Position numbers and translations under genes: made by a program
Assembly: GCF_022651205.1 (NCBI RefSeq)
Contig: NZ_JALCQI010000003.1
Coordinates: 19,693 to 83,692, forward strand
Origin: Limosilactobacillus sp.
GTDB taxonomy: Bacteria; Bacillota; Bacilli; Lactobacillales; Lactobacillaceae
Length of the DNA: 64,000 nucleotides
Reading direction: 5' to 3'
In this document: positions 1 to 9,247 of the stretch, piece after piece
Numbering within the stretch: position 1 is the stretch's first letter
Layout of the letters: every line of letters begins with the position of its first letter
The notes under the pieces: generated by a model
What the model was told of the DNA's origin: nothing
Seen by the model: the letters and a program-made list of their open reading frames with translations, nothing else
The model's database searches: none

Positions 1-511
1 TAATATCATCAATCGTTAATGATTTAAGGACGAAGACTTTACAACGGCTTAGAAGTGCTGAATTGATTTCAAAGGAAGGATTCTCGGTAGTAGCACCGAT
101 TAAGATGATGCTTCCGCGTTCCACGAAGGGAAGAAAAGCATCCTGTTGAGCTTTGTTGAAGCGGTGAATTTCGTCAATAAAACAAATAGTGCGTTCACCA
201 AATTCCCGATTTTTCTCCGCTTCCTCCATAATTTTCCGGATATCGCGAATGCTGCTTGTAACCGCACTAAACGTAATGAAGTGGGACTTAGTTTGTTGAG
301 CGATAATTTCAGCTAAGGTGGTTTTTCCGACACCGGGTGGTCCCCAGAAGATTAGTGAGGAAACTTGGTCGTGTTCGATTAAATCACGTAAAACCTTCCC
401 GTTCCCGATTAATTGTTGTTGACCCATGAATTCATCAAGGGTGGTTGGTCGGACCCGGTTGGCCAATGGAGTGTTTTGATTTGATTGTGCAAATAGTGAT
501 TCCTGGTGCAT
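1..511 (-). CDS. rarA: Replication-associated recombination protein A (AAA+ ATPase), runs off the window edge
   Basis: Manual translation from CAT 509-511: MHQESLF...PLANRVRPTTLDEFMGQ...IFWGPPGVGKTT (Walker A)...FIDEIHRFNKAQQDAFLP...IGATTENPSF. Confidence 0.93.
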   Translation of the reverse strand, partial: MHQESLFAQSNQNTPLANRVRPTTLDEFMGQQQLIGNGKVLRDLIEHDQVSSLIFWGPPGVGKTTLAEIIAQQTKSHFITFSAVTSSIRDIRKIMEEAEKNREFGERTICFIDEIHRFNKAQQDAFLPFVERGSIILIGATTENPSFEINSALLSRCKVFVLKSLTIDDI

Positions 512-657
512 TTAATTACTTCCTTTTAGTCAATTTTAAGCCAAAACTTAGTAAATTTGAATGGAGTTATCTGTAGTAATCGTGTTACGATGAAGGTAAC
601 TATTTAGATTGAAGCCGACGAAGAAACGGCTAGTTTATCAAAGGAGCTCGACAGCTC

Positions 658-1644
658 ATGAAAAGATTACCAAGATTTCAACATCATGTTGCTTCTGAAA
701 TTGCAAATAATTTTGGCCAAAGTGTTTGTGATTTAGTCCGCTGTGGACAGCACCGTTCACAACGAGCAACGTTTGTTGAATTACAAATTCAGGTGAGTGG
801 CTTTAAACGGCGGATGGCGGATGAACAGGGCTTTCGGCAAATGCTCGCTGAGTCACAAGAGGTTAGCGGAGAGGACTTCGTTATGCCGGCGGTACCATTT
901 ACCGTTAATTTACGCCAATTATCAAATGCTCCAATGCGGACTTATGTCTTAAACGAACAATCGGGGCAGCAAAAAGCAATCATCTACTTGCCGGGTGGAG
1001 CATATGTTGAACCACCGGTAAAGGAACAATGGTTATTCGCTGATCGATTGGCACAGCAAACGGGAGCCCGGGTTTACGTTGTCCTTTACCCACAACTTCC
1101 TGATCATACTTTTAAGACAGCCTACGAGCAACTGACTCGACTATACCAGCAACTGTATGAGCAAATACCAGTAAGTGATATTACACTTTTGGGCGATTCT
1201 GCAGGTGGTGGATTGGCTGCGGGCTTTTGTGAATACTGTACGGAAAGAAAGTTACCACAACCAGGGCACCTAGTATTATTATCACCGTGGCTAGATCTTG
1301 ACCTAAATAACCCAACAATTGCAAAGTATGAGTCTCATGATGTGACTTTATCGGTCAAGGGCTTACGGCGAGCAGCCGATTTATGGGCTGATGATACAAA
1401 GCATGATGATTATCGGTTGAGACCGCTTAATGGTGATATTTCTGGGTTAAGGGATGTCTTTGTATGTGTTGGGACACGTGAAATCATGTATCCGGATAGT
1501 GCCCAGCTTGTTCAGAAATTACGTGATCAGCACGTTCCGGTTAAATTCGTTGTCGGGCGAGATCTACCACATATTTTTCCAGTGTACCAAATGCCGGAAG
1601 CAGATCGGGTCATGGTAGAGATAAGCAAGTTAATTAACGGTTAA
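658..1644 (+). CDS. Alpha/beta hydrolase (HSL-like esterase/lipase)
   Basis: YLPGGAY oxyanion region, GDSAGG nucleophile elbow, LSPWLD, C-terminal His (LPHIF); AAGGAG SD. Confidence 0.88.
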   Translation: MKRLPRFQHHVASEIANNFGQSVCDLVRCGQHRSQRATFVELQIQVSGFKRRMADEQGFRQMLAESQEVSGEDFVMPAVPFTVNLRQLSNAPMRTYVLNEQSGQQKAIIYLPGGAYVEPPVKEQWLFADRLAQQTGARVYVVLYPQLPDHTFKTAYEQLTRLYQQLYEQIPVSDITLLGDSAGGGLAAGFCEYCTERKLPQPGHLVLLSPWLDLDLNNPTIAKYESHDVTLSVKGLRRAADLWADDTKHDDYRLRPLNGDISGLRDVFVCVGTREIMYPDSAQLVQKLRDQHVPVKFVVGRDLPHIFPVYQMPEADRVMVEISKLING

Positions 1645-1664
1645 AGAAAGGAATGTTTGTAATA

Positions 1665-2237
1665 ATGAAAAAAGTTGCGGTTGTTTTTGCTCCAGGTTGT
1701 GAAGAAGTTGAAGGGCTAACGGTAGTTGATGTTCTTCGACGGCTCGGTGTTGAAACCAAAATGGTCGGATTAGAAAATCAGGAAGTTCTTGGTGCTCACA
1801 ATATTAAGCTGACCTGTGATGAAGTTCTTGGTGATCAATTATTGGATTATGACCTTGTTGCTTTTCCAGGAGGAATGGGCGGTTCTGAACGACTTCGTGA
1901 TAATGAACAATTAAAGCAATTAATGGTTCAACGTAATAAAGAAGGTAAGTGGGATGCGGCAATGTGTGCTGCCCCAATCGCCCTTGCTCGTTACGGATTA
2001 CTCGATAACCATGACTACACTTGTTATCCCGGGATGAATGAGGTGATTCAAAAGGAAGCTCCAACCGCTCGATTCCACGAAGAGATTACTGTTGTTGATG
2101 AGCAAGCTAAGATCCTTACGAGTCGGGGTCCAGCAACAGCCCTCGCATACGCATTTAAGATTGCGGAATTGATGGGTGTTGATACAAAACAGATTAAGAA
2201 GGACATGCTTTACGATTATCTTGCCCAGAATATCTAA
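1665..2237 (+). CDS. DJ-1/PfpI (ThiJ/YajL-like) glyoxalase/deglycase
   Basis: GCEEVE, FPGGMGG, AAMCAAP catalytic Cys, TSRGPATA; start moved to the second ATG for SD spacing. Confidence 0.9.
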   Translation: MKKVAVVFAPGCEEVEGLTVVDVLRRLGVETKMVGLENQEVLGAHNIKLTCDEVLGDQLLDYDLVAFPGGMGGSERLRDNEQLKQLMVQRNKEGKWDAAMCAAPIALARYGLLDNHDYTCYPGMNEVIQKEAPTARFHEEITVVDEQAKILTSRGPATALAYAFKIAELMGVDTKQIKKDMLYDYLAQNI

Positions 2238-2268
2238 CTGCTAATTCATGATTTATAAAAAAATCCTC

Positions 2269-2318
2269 TTTACAGATTAATACGAATGTTATAAGATGTC
2301 ATTTGTTGTTTTATTCGT
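2269..2318 (+). promoter_or_regulatory. Sigma-A promoter overlapped by an inverted PurBox pair (putative PurR operator)
   Basis: TTTACA(2269)-17-TAAGAT(2292); ACGAAT...ATTCGT spaced like GAAC-N24/25-GTTC; upstream of a purine permease. Confidence 0.65.
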
Positions 2319-2342
2319 AATTACTGTTTGGAGGATTTTTTC

Positions 2343-3653
2343 TTGAATGCAATTAGCAAGTATTTTCGCCTTGATGAATTAAATACGAACATTCGCACGG
2401 AAATTTTAGCGGGATTTACCACTTTTATTTCAATGTCATATATTTTGTTCGTTAACCCTAATGTTTTAGGGGCAGCGGGGATGAGCCAGGGGGCCGTTTT
2501 CACTGCAACTGCACTTTCAGCAGCATTCGGAACATTGATGATGGGGCTTTATGCTAAGTACCCGATTGCGACTGCTCCGGCGCTTGGAATTAACGCATTC
2601 TTTGCGTACTCGGTTGTTATCGGGATGGGAGTTAACTGGCAGACGGCCCTTGCTGCCGTTTTTGTAGCTTCTTTGATTTTTATTCTGATTACGATTTTTA
2701 AATTACGGGAAGTAATTATTGACGCAATTCCAAGCGATTTGAAGTTCGCTATTTCAAGTGGAATTGGATTATTTATTGCATTCTTAGGCCTCCATCAGGG
2801 AGGATTAATTGTTGCCAATAAGTCGACTGTAGTCGGGTTGGGCTCATTTACTACGCCAACTACCTGGCTAACGGTGATTGGTTTAATTGTGACCGCAATT
2901 TTAATGGTTAAGCGAGTTCCGGGAGCAATCTTTATCGGGATGGCAGTGACAGCAATCGTTGGGCTGGTTACGGGCTTGATTCCAATGCCACACCATGTTA
3001 TTTCAGCGGCTCCAAGCTTAAAGCCAACTTTTGGTGTTGGGGTAGAGTATTTCTCCCACATTAACACTATCCAATTATGGGTTGTTGTCTTAACCTTCTT
3101 GTTGGTTACCTTCTTTGACACTGCCGGAACCCTAGTTGGTCTTGCTCAACAGGCAGGTTTCATGAAGAATAATAAAATGCCACGTGTTGGGAAAGCCTTA
3201 ATGTCTGATTCTAGTGCGATGCTAGTCGGTTCTATTCTGGGAACCTCGCCTGTTGGGGCCTACGTTGAATCATCAGCCGGGATTGCCGTTGGTGGACGTT
3301 CTGGATTAACTTCAGTTGTAACCGCAATTTGCTTTATCTTAGGAATGTTCTTCTCACCATTATTGCCAGTGGTTACTAATCAGGTAACTGCTCCGGCTTT
3401 GATTATTGTTGGTGTATTGATGGCTCAATCAATGAAGCGAGTTCACTGGGAGAAGCTTGAGATTGCAATTCCATCCTTCTTAATCGTTATTGGAATGCCG
3501 CTAACGTACAGTATTTCCGATGGGATGGCTCTTGGGTTGATCATGTACCCAATTACCATGATTGCTGCAAAGCGGGGTAAAGAAGTTCACCCGATCATGT
3601 ACGCACTCTTCTTTATCTTCATCGTGTTTATTTGGATTTTAAACGTTAAATAA
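2343..3653 (+). CDS. NCS2/AzgA-family purine (guanine/hypoxanthine) permease, PbuG-like
   Basis: TEILAGFTTFISMSYILFVNP, APALGINAFF, FFDTAGTL, YVESSAG..GGRSGLT; TTG start after GGAGG. Confidence 0.9.
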   Translation: MNAISKYFRLDELNTNIRTEILAGFTTFISMSYILFVNPNVLGAAGMSQGAVFTATALSAAFGTLMMGLYAKYPIATAPALGINAFFAYSVVIGMGVNWQTALAAVFVASLIFILITIFKLREVIIDAIPSDLKFAISSGIGLFIAFLGLHQGGLIVANKSTVVGLGSFTTPTTWLTVIGLIVTAILMVKRVPGAIFIGMAVTAIVGLVTGLIPMPHHVISAAPSLKPTFGVGVEYFSHINTIQLWVVVLTFLLVTFFDTAGTLVGLAQQAGFMKNNKMPRVGKALMSDSSAMLVGSILGTSPVGAYVESSAGIAVGGRSGLTSVVTAICFILGMFFSPLLPVVTNQVTAPALIIVGVLMAQSMKRVHWEKLEIAIPSFLIVIGMPLTYSISDGMALGLIMYPITMIAAKRGKEVHPIMYALFFIFIVFIWILNVK

Positions 3654-3658
3654 TTATC

Positions 3659-3706
3659 AAACAACCTCAAGCATTCAGATTATTCCGAATGTTTGAGGTT
3701 GTTTTT
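3659..3706. terminator. Bidirectional intrinsic terminator
   Basis: aaacaacctcaagcattc...gaatgtttgaggttgttttt between convergent genes. Confidence 0.8.
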
Positions 3707-3723
3707 AGCTTATAGTTGATGAA

Positions 3724-4686
3724 TTACTTATTAATAATATACTTTGCAGATTCACCATCTAGAACGTTGACAGCGTTAGTAGCAACGATCTTAGCCATTG
3801 CATCACGAGCTTCAAATGAGGCGTTCCCAATGTGTGGGGTTAGGATAACATTATCAAGCTTCTTGAAACCGTCAGCAACGTTTGGCTCAGCTTCATAAAC
3901 ATCAAGGGCAGCACCAGCAAGTTTGTTGGCTTGAAGAGCCTTAAGCAAGGATGATTCATTAATAACCGGTCCCCGAGCGCAGTTGATTAATACTGCAGAA
4001 TCCTTCATCATTTCAAATTGTGGAGTATCAATCATGTGGTGCGTTTCAGGGGTTAATGGACAGTGAAGGGTAACAACGTCAGACCGCTTTAGTAATTCGT
4101 CAAGGGTAACGTATTCAGCAGAATATTGTGCTTCTGTTGCCGGATCAGCCTGGTGACGTTGAGTGTAAATGATCTTCATGTTAAAGGCATGGAGACGTTG
4201 AGCAACACCGCGACCGATGCTTCCTAAGCCGACAATTCCAAGAGTCTTACCGGCTAATTCGTGGCCAAGGAAGAAGAGTGGTGCCCAGCCATCAAAGCCA
4301 ACCGAGTGCATTACCCGGTCACCTTCAACGATTCGCCGCATTAATGCAATCACTAGTCCACTAGCAACTTCAGCAGTCGCGGTTGAGGAAACGAATGGTG
4401 TATTGGTAACGTCGATCCCCTTACTCCGTGCATACTTAACATCAATGTTGTTAAAACCGGCACCAAAGTTAGCGATTAACTTTAGTTTTGGTGCGGCATC
4501 AATTACTTCTCGATCAACTTGAGTGGATAGTGGAGTGATTAAAACTTCACAGTCCTGAACGTGTTTAAGAAGTTCATCCTTTGAGATTAACCCCTTTCCA
4601 TCATAAACATCATAATGGATCCCAGCTTGATCAAGGATCTTAGTAGCAATCTTAGGTAACTTTGCTGATAGGTAAACAGTAGTCAT
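3724..4686 (-). CDS. D-isomer-specific 2-hydroxyacid dehydrogenase (glyoxylate reductase-like)
   Basis: GAGFNNID, GIVGLGSIG Rossmann motif, INCARG, LDVYEAEP, TPHIG. Confidence 0.92.
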   Translation of the reverse strand: MTTVYLSAKLPKIATKILDQAGIHYDVYDGKGLISKDELLKHVQDCEVLITPLSTQVDREVIDAAPKLKLIANFGAGFNNIDVKYARSKGIDVTNTPFVSSTATAEVASGLVIALMRRIVEGDRVMHSVGFDGWAPLFFLGHELAGKTLGIVGLGSIGRGVAQRLHAFNMKIIYTQRHQADPATEAQYSAEYVTLDELLKRSDVVTLHCPLTPETHHMIDTPQFEMMKDSAVLINCARGPVINESSLLKALQANKLAGAALDVYEAEPNVADGFKKLDNVILTPHIGNASFEARDAMAKIVATNAVNVLDGESAKYIINK

Positions 4687-4704
4687 AATATTCGCCTTCC
4701 TAAA

Positions 4705-4767
4705 TAAAAATAATGACCGTGTAAACGATTACACGATCATTATAGTTCAATGTTAAAATTGCGGCAA
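4705..4767 (-). promoter_or_regulatory. Dehydrogenase promoter and cre (CcpA) site lying inside the mprF terminator hairpin
   Basis: Minus-strand TTGCCG-17-TATAAT (4767-4739); TGTAAACGATTACA at 4720-4733; 15-bp inverted repeat 4710-4743 followed by a U-tract on the minus strand. Confidence 0.72.
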
Positions 4768-4768
4768 A

Positions 4769-7354
4769 TTAGTGGTTAATCCAAAGGAAAAAGATGCGTT
4801 TCTCCTGTTTGTCCGCCCGCTGGTTAATTACGCTGACAAGGGAAAGCATTGAGTTGATGATTGAACTCCATTTCCGGAAAGCGGTATAACGGGATTCCCA
4901 AATATCGGCATACTTATTCTTATAACGACGCAAGCCCTGGAAACCATATAGGTGGTAACCATATTCGTAAATAAAGTGGGCAACCTTCTCGCCAAGAAAA
5001 CTAAACTGTGATTCACCAACGTTTGATAATGGTGCCATTCCCAAGTCAAAGTATTCATACCCATGTTCCTGACCATACAGAAACATGCTGATAAAGATCT
5101 TGTCCATGATTCCAGATGGTGCATCGTGAGAATGACGCATTAAATCAATGGTAAGGTACTTCTTTCCACCAGTTGGCATAAAGGTAGCGAATGCAACGAT
5201 TTTACCGTCTTTATCGGCAACGGTTGCCACAGGAGCCTGTTGGATATAGTCAGGAGAGAAGAAGCCTAATGAAAAGCCCTTTTCTACTTGTTTTCCTAAC
5301 CAGTTATCGGAAACAGCCTTTATTTCATCCATGAACTGATCATTAAATGGTGGCTGAACAACGTTAAATTGGTATCCCTCGCGGTCGAATTTATGCATTA
5401 AGGCCCGTTGAGAGCGTTGGCGTTTTCCTGCTAGGGTAAAGTCGGCTAACTTTACCAACCCGGTTTCTCCAGTTTTAATGAAGTCAAAGCCAAATTCATG
5501 AAGGAGCATTGTAAACGTTCCAGAAACTTCGTAAAAGACTAGTTGGTAATTATAAAGATCGGCTTCTTTTAGGAACTGACGAAGGGCTGGACGAGTTTCA
5601 GCAGAATTACCAACCGGATCTCCCATAATAATCAGTCGATCGTAGTTTCGTCGGTACATAAAGTACAGCTGGTCTTGACCGTCCTTTTGGTAAAAGTAAA
5701 GGTTCTTGTCTTTGAGAAAGGCCAGATGACTGGTTCGACTACCACCGAATTGGTCAATAACCTTGTGAACTCTCTCAGTGCTAAATCCCTGTACCTTAGC
5801 GAACGGATCGGCACCAGAACAGAAGTAACGAAGAATAAGGACGAGGAGGACTAGCCCAAGCAAAAGGCCGATTAGGCCCGAGAACCAGACTTTTTCACCA
5901 GGAAAGAGGAAGAATTCTGGGATACGGTGCGACTTGGTATATTGTGGTGCGTTTATGACACCGACAATAACATAGAGGATGCAGCTCCCCGCGAAGATCA
6001 AGAGATCGACCGCAAATTTACTAATGGAATATTGAAGTTTTGCCCGATATAATTCTCGCTTTGAAAGGAGAATTAAAACCAGAACAATTGCCAGGTAAAT
6101 GGTTAAACTCATCGTTCGCAGGTTCCACCAGGTACTGATAACCCCGATAAGCAACAAGGCAAGGGTAGGCCAGTACGCCTTTTGAACTTTTGATGCTAAT
6201 CCCCGAGCACAAGCCAGCATGGCAATCGCAAAGAGAACAGTGGATAGCTGGTGAATAAAGAAAAAGGTGAACGGGTACAATCGGGCAAATAATTTGTTGT
6301 CTGCGGTAATATCTGGGATTGCGGCCGCAAGAAGCATTAGGATTCCTGAAATATACATAAAGGCCGTAATCAGGAAATGAGCCGTGTTCTGAATGATAAC
6401 CAGGGGTAAACCATCGAAGAATTCGTTTACCTGACGGGCAAGATCATGAAGAAAGAGAATACCAGCGAGGATTAGCGGCACGATGTAGTAAAAAATCCGG
6501 AAGAGTAGAAGCCAGATAATAATTGTTGGCTTAGAAACGCCCATCAGGGAAAGTTCAAACATCATCATGACATCAAACGAACCAAGAGCACCTGGAATCA
6601 TGGAGATAACCCCGAGAAGTTGGGCAACAACGTATAGTGGTAGGACTGAGGCAAGGTTATTCCGAACGCCTAAACACCAACCAACCAGTAAGAAGAAGAG
6701 GGCAACAAAGAGCCATTCACATGTTGAGCTACCAACTAATAGTCCCTCAATCTTAGGAGTAACATCCTTAAATAATCGGTTATTGTTAATTAATGTGAAG
6801 TAGAAGACGATTGGAAAGTAGAGGCCACCAGCAACAAGCCAAATAGCGTACTGGTTAAAGTGTCCTCCTTGGTGAAAGACAAACATAAAAGCCAGGGCAA
6901 CCCAACAGAGAACTGAAAGCCCAGATAAAAGGAAAACTGCAATTTTAGAGATTGCTAGTAAAATATCTTTCTTATTGGCGTGTTTTCGGTAGAAATATGC
7001 ACGCATTGTTGCTCCAAGGATGCCACCAAAGCCAGCGATATTCGTTAAGGTATTAGTAATCCAACCACAACGAATAATGTAGGAGCGTTTGAATTTGCCT
7101 GGAAGGAACTTAACGATTGCAAAGTCATAACCTAACATTGGAACAACGGCGATGCAGCCGAAGATCAACAAGATTAAGATATTTGACCAGGTTAAGTTGC
7201 TTAGGCCAATTCCAACTCGGTGCCAGTCAACGGTTTTAAAAAAGCTAGTTAACGCATGAACAACAAAGATAACAACCGAGATGACGAAAATAATCTTGAT
7301 CGGTCGTGAATATTTATCCCACCACGACGATAAACGTTTATATAGGGATCTCAT
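4769..7354 (-). CDS. mprF: Bifunctional aminoacyl(lysyl)-phosphatidylglycerol flippase/synthetase
   Basis: About 14 TM helices (SMIPGALGSFD, LLLFRIFYY) plus DUF2156 domain (GDPVG, EKGFSLG, IDLMR, LGMAPL, YGFQGLRRYKNKY). Confidence 0.95.
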   Translation of the reverse strand: MRSLYKRLSSWWDKYSRPIKIIFVISVVIFVVHALTSFFKTVDWHRVGIGLSNLTWSNILILLIFGCIAVVPMLGYDFAIVKFLPGKFKRSYIIRCGWITNTLTNIAGFGGILGATMRAYFYRKHANKKDILLAISKIAVFLLSGLSVLCWVALAFMFVFHQGGHFNQYAIWLVAGGLYFPIVFYFTLINNNRLFKDVTPKIEGLLVGSSTCEWLFVALFFLLVGWCLGVRNNLASVLPLYVVAQLLGVISMIPGALGSFDVMMMFELSLMGVSKPTIIIWLLLFRIFYYIVPLILAGILFLHDLARQVNEFFDGLPLVIIQNTAHFLITAFMYISGILMLLAAAIPDITADNKLFARLYPFTFFFIHQLSTVLFAIAMLACARGLASKVQKAYWPTLALLLIGVISTWWNLRTMSLTIYLAIVLVLILLSKRELYRAKLQYSISKFAVDLLIFAGSCILYVIVGVINAPQYTKSHRIPEFFLFPGEKVWFSGLIGLLLGLVLLVLILRYFCSGADPFAKVQGFSTERVHKVIDQFGGSRTSHLAFLKDKNLYFYQKDGQDQLYFMYRRNYDRLIIMGDPVGNSAETRPALRQFLKEADLYNYQLVFYEVSGTFTMLLHEFGFDFIKTGETGLVKLADFTLAGKRQRSQRALMHKFDREGYQFNVVQPPFNDQFMDEIKAVSDNWLGKQVEKGFSLGFFSPDYIQQAPVATVADKDGKIVAFATFMPTGGKKYLTIDLMRHSHDAPSGIMDKIFISMFLYGQEHGYEYFDLGMAPLSNVGESQFSFLGEKVAHFIYEYGYHLYGFQGLRRYKNKYADIWESRYTAFRKWSSIINSMLSLVSVINQRADKQEKRIFFLWINH

Positions 7355-7437
7355 AGTTTCCTCCTCAATGTAATACTAATAATCATTATATCGAATTTGC
7401 CCTTTTGAAAGAAGCAAAAGGAGAATTTAAAAAGTTG

Positions 7438-7466
7438 TTGACAGTGGAAGAGAAGTTTCGTATACT
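7438..7466 (+). promoter_or_regulatory. Sigma-A promoter of tRNA-Asp
   Basis: TTGACA-17-TATACT. Confidence 0.8.
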
Positions 7467-7483
7467 TTTATTTGTTGTTAATT

Positions 7484-7558
7484 GGTCCGTTGGTCTAGTT
7501 GGTTTAGGACGCATCCCTGTCACGGATGAGATCACGAGTTCGAGTCTCGTACGGACCG
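7484..7558 (+). tRNA. tRNA-Asp(GTC)
   Basis: Acceptor GGTCCGT/ACGGACC, anticodon arm CATCC-CT-GTC-AC-GGATG, GTTCGAG T-loop; CCA not encoded. Confidence 0.96.
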
Positions 7559-7570
7559 TCATAGTTGAAT

Positions 7571-7601
7571 AAGAGACTGGGAATATTTTCCCAGTCTCTT
7601 T
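7571..7601 (+). terminator. Intrinsic terminator after tRNA-Asp
   Basis: agagactgggaa-tatt-ttcccagtctct-tt. Confidence 0.72.
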
Positions 7602-7629
7602 GCGTCTAGAGATAATTTTGGAGGGTACA

Positions 7630-8496
7630 ATGGAAAATACTTGGCAATATCAGGGTAGTGAACCGATTAAAATTAAGAAGTTTCTCCAGTCATTGGGGAT
7701 GGGACACCGTTTATTTAATGATCTGAAAAATGGTCAGGGTGAATTTCTAGTCGATCACCGAAAAGTTCGTCCAACAACGAAGATATTACCTAACCAGCCT
7801 TTAACGATTATTGCTCAACCAGAAACACGCGACTTATCGGTAAAGGAGAGTGATGAGCCTCTCAATATTGTCTATGAAGATGACAATTGGCTTGTTATTA
7901 ATAAACCAGCAGGAGTGACGTCAATTCCTGGTCCTTCAGTAGATAATGAAACCGTACTTAACAGGGCTGTTCATTATTTAATTGAGAAGAATTCAGCTGA
8001 TCAACGTCCACACTTAATTACCCGTCTTGACCGTTATACCGGTGGTTTACTGTTGATTGCCAAACACCACGTTGCGTCTAGTATGATCAGTCAGCAAGTG
8101 CAGCAACACCAAATGTTAAAAGAATATACGGCATTTGTTTCGGGAACGTTTGCTGAAAAGCATGGCGTAATTAATAAGCCAATTGCCCGTCGTGAGGGCC
8201 AAGCACAGCGGGTAATTGCTGATGATGGACAACGGGCAGTGACTGAATACTGGGTAGAAGGAGAGCAAGCTGGTTGGACTAGGTTACGGGTGCAGTTACA
8301 TACGGGACGAACTCACCAAATCCGCGTTCACTTGGCTTCAATTGGTCATCCATTAATTGGTGATCACCTTTATGGTGGTGATACCTCCGATCGCGAACAC
8401 CAGGCACTCTGGGCTACTAAGCTTTCGTTTAAGGATCCGTTTACCTTAAAACAATTAACGTTTTCCCGGGAAATAAATGAACTGCCAGAGAAATAA
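7630..8496 (+). CDS. RluA-family pseudouridine synthase
   Basis: IVYEDD, INKPAG, RLDRYT catalytic Asp, LHTGRTHQIRVH, GHPLIGDHLYG; ATG 7630 after GGAGGG. Confidence 0.93.
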   Translation: MENTWQYQGSEPIKIKKFLQSLGMGHRLFNDLKNGQGEFLVDHRKVRPTTKILPNQPLTIIAQPETRDLSVKESDEPLNIVYEDDNWLVINKPAGVTSIPGPSVDNETVLNRAVHYLIEKNSADQRPHLITRLDRYTGGLLLIAKHHVASSMISQQVQQHQMLKEYTAFVSGTFAEKHGVINKPIARREGQAQRVIADDGQRAVTEYWVEGEQAGWTRLRVQLHTGRTHQIRVHLASIGHPLIGDHLYGGDTSDREHQALWATKLSFKDPFTLKQLTFSREINELPEK

Positions 8497-8542
8497 AAAA
8501 GTGGAGAGTGGAAAATTTTATTTTTCCACTCTCCACTTTTTT
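8495..8542. terminator. Bidirectional intrinsic terminator
   Basis: aaaaaagtggagagtggaaaa...ttttccactctccactttttt. Confidence 0.82.
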
Positions 8543-8551
8543 ATTATTAAG

Positions 8552-9247
8552 TTAATTCTGTCTAATCATTTTTGCCATAAATTCTTGTTCGGCTTGTTGA
8601 GAAACCTGTTGGATTTGTTGGGCACTCATATTTGGTTGGTTAGCCATTGCTGATTGGACCCTAGAGGTGACAAAGCTTTTAGCTTGGCTTTGTAATTGTG
8701 GACCAGCGTTGCCGATTTTCTTTTGAAGTTGGTGTGCTTGGGAAGGGGTAAGTTTAACAAAGGTACGAGGGTATTCAATTACATTTGTTCTTTTAATTAG
8801 TGTACCGTTCATTCCTGACCACATGAAAAGAACCTTATAGAAATCGTTCTTAAATTGCCACCGGGTTTCTGTTGACTTTAACAGTGGGGTGGTCCGATTG
8901 GTGAACTGCATTTTACTAGTTGTATATTCATTTGCTTGCGTATGGTCAGGCTTCTTTTGGCCTTGTTTAGTCTTGTAGATCAGGACGTTATCCTGACCAC
9001 TAGTACCTATGGGCTGGTAAAGTGCCACTGGTAATTTTCCAGCTGCAGAGTAGACCGTTTGACTATTCGTCGTTGTTACTTTTTTCATTCCAAAATGTTG
9101 ACTATAATTTAAGCCCATTAAGGCAGTCGAACCAATAAAAAGAAGACTGAAAAGAAGAGCGCCGATAATTCTTGTCAATCGGTGGTTGATAAACATTACG
9201 GATGCAAATAATGCGAGTGCGGAACCAAACATTAAGATGATGATCAT
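8552..9247 (-). CDS. DUF4811-like membrane-anchored protein
   Basis: Two N-terminal TM helices, HFGMKKVTT motif, Gln-rich C-terminal helix; overlaps the MFS stop codon. Confidence 0.72.
   Translation of the reverse strand: MIIILMFGSALALFASVMFINHRLTRIIGALLFSLLFIGSTALMGLNYSQHFGMKKVTTTNSQTVYSAAGKLPVALYQPIGTSGQDNVLIYKTKQGQKKPDHTQANEYTTSKMQFTNRTTPLLKSTETRWQFKNDFYKVLFMWSGMNGTLIKRTNVIEYPRTFVKLTPSQAHQLQKKIGNAGPQLQSQAKSFVTSRVQSAMANQPNMSAQQIQQVSQQAEQEFMAKMIRQN

Noticed and set aside
2240-2340. Purine riboswitch before the NCS2 permease or before guaD
   Set aside because: No purine aptamer core and the leaders are too short. PurBoxes explain the pattern better.
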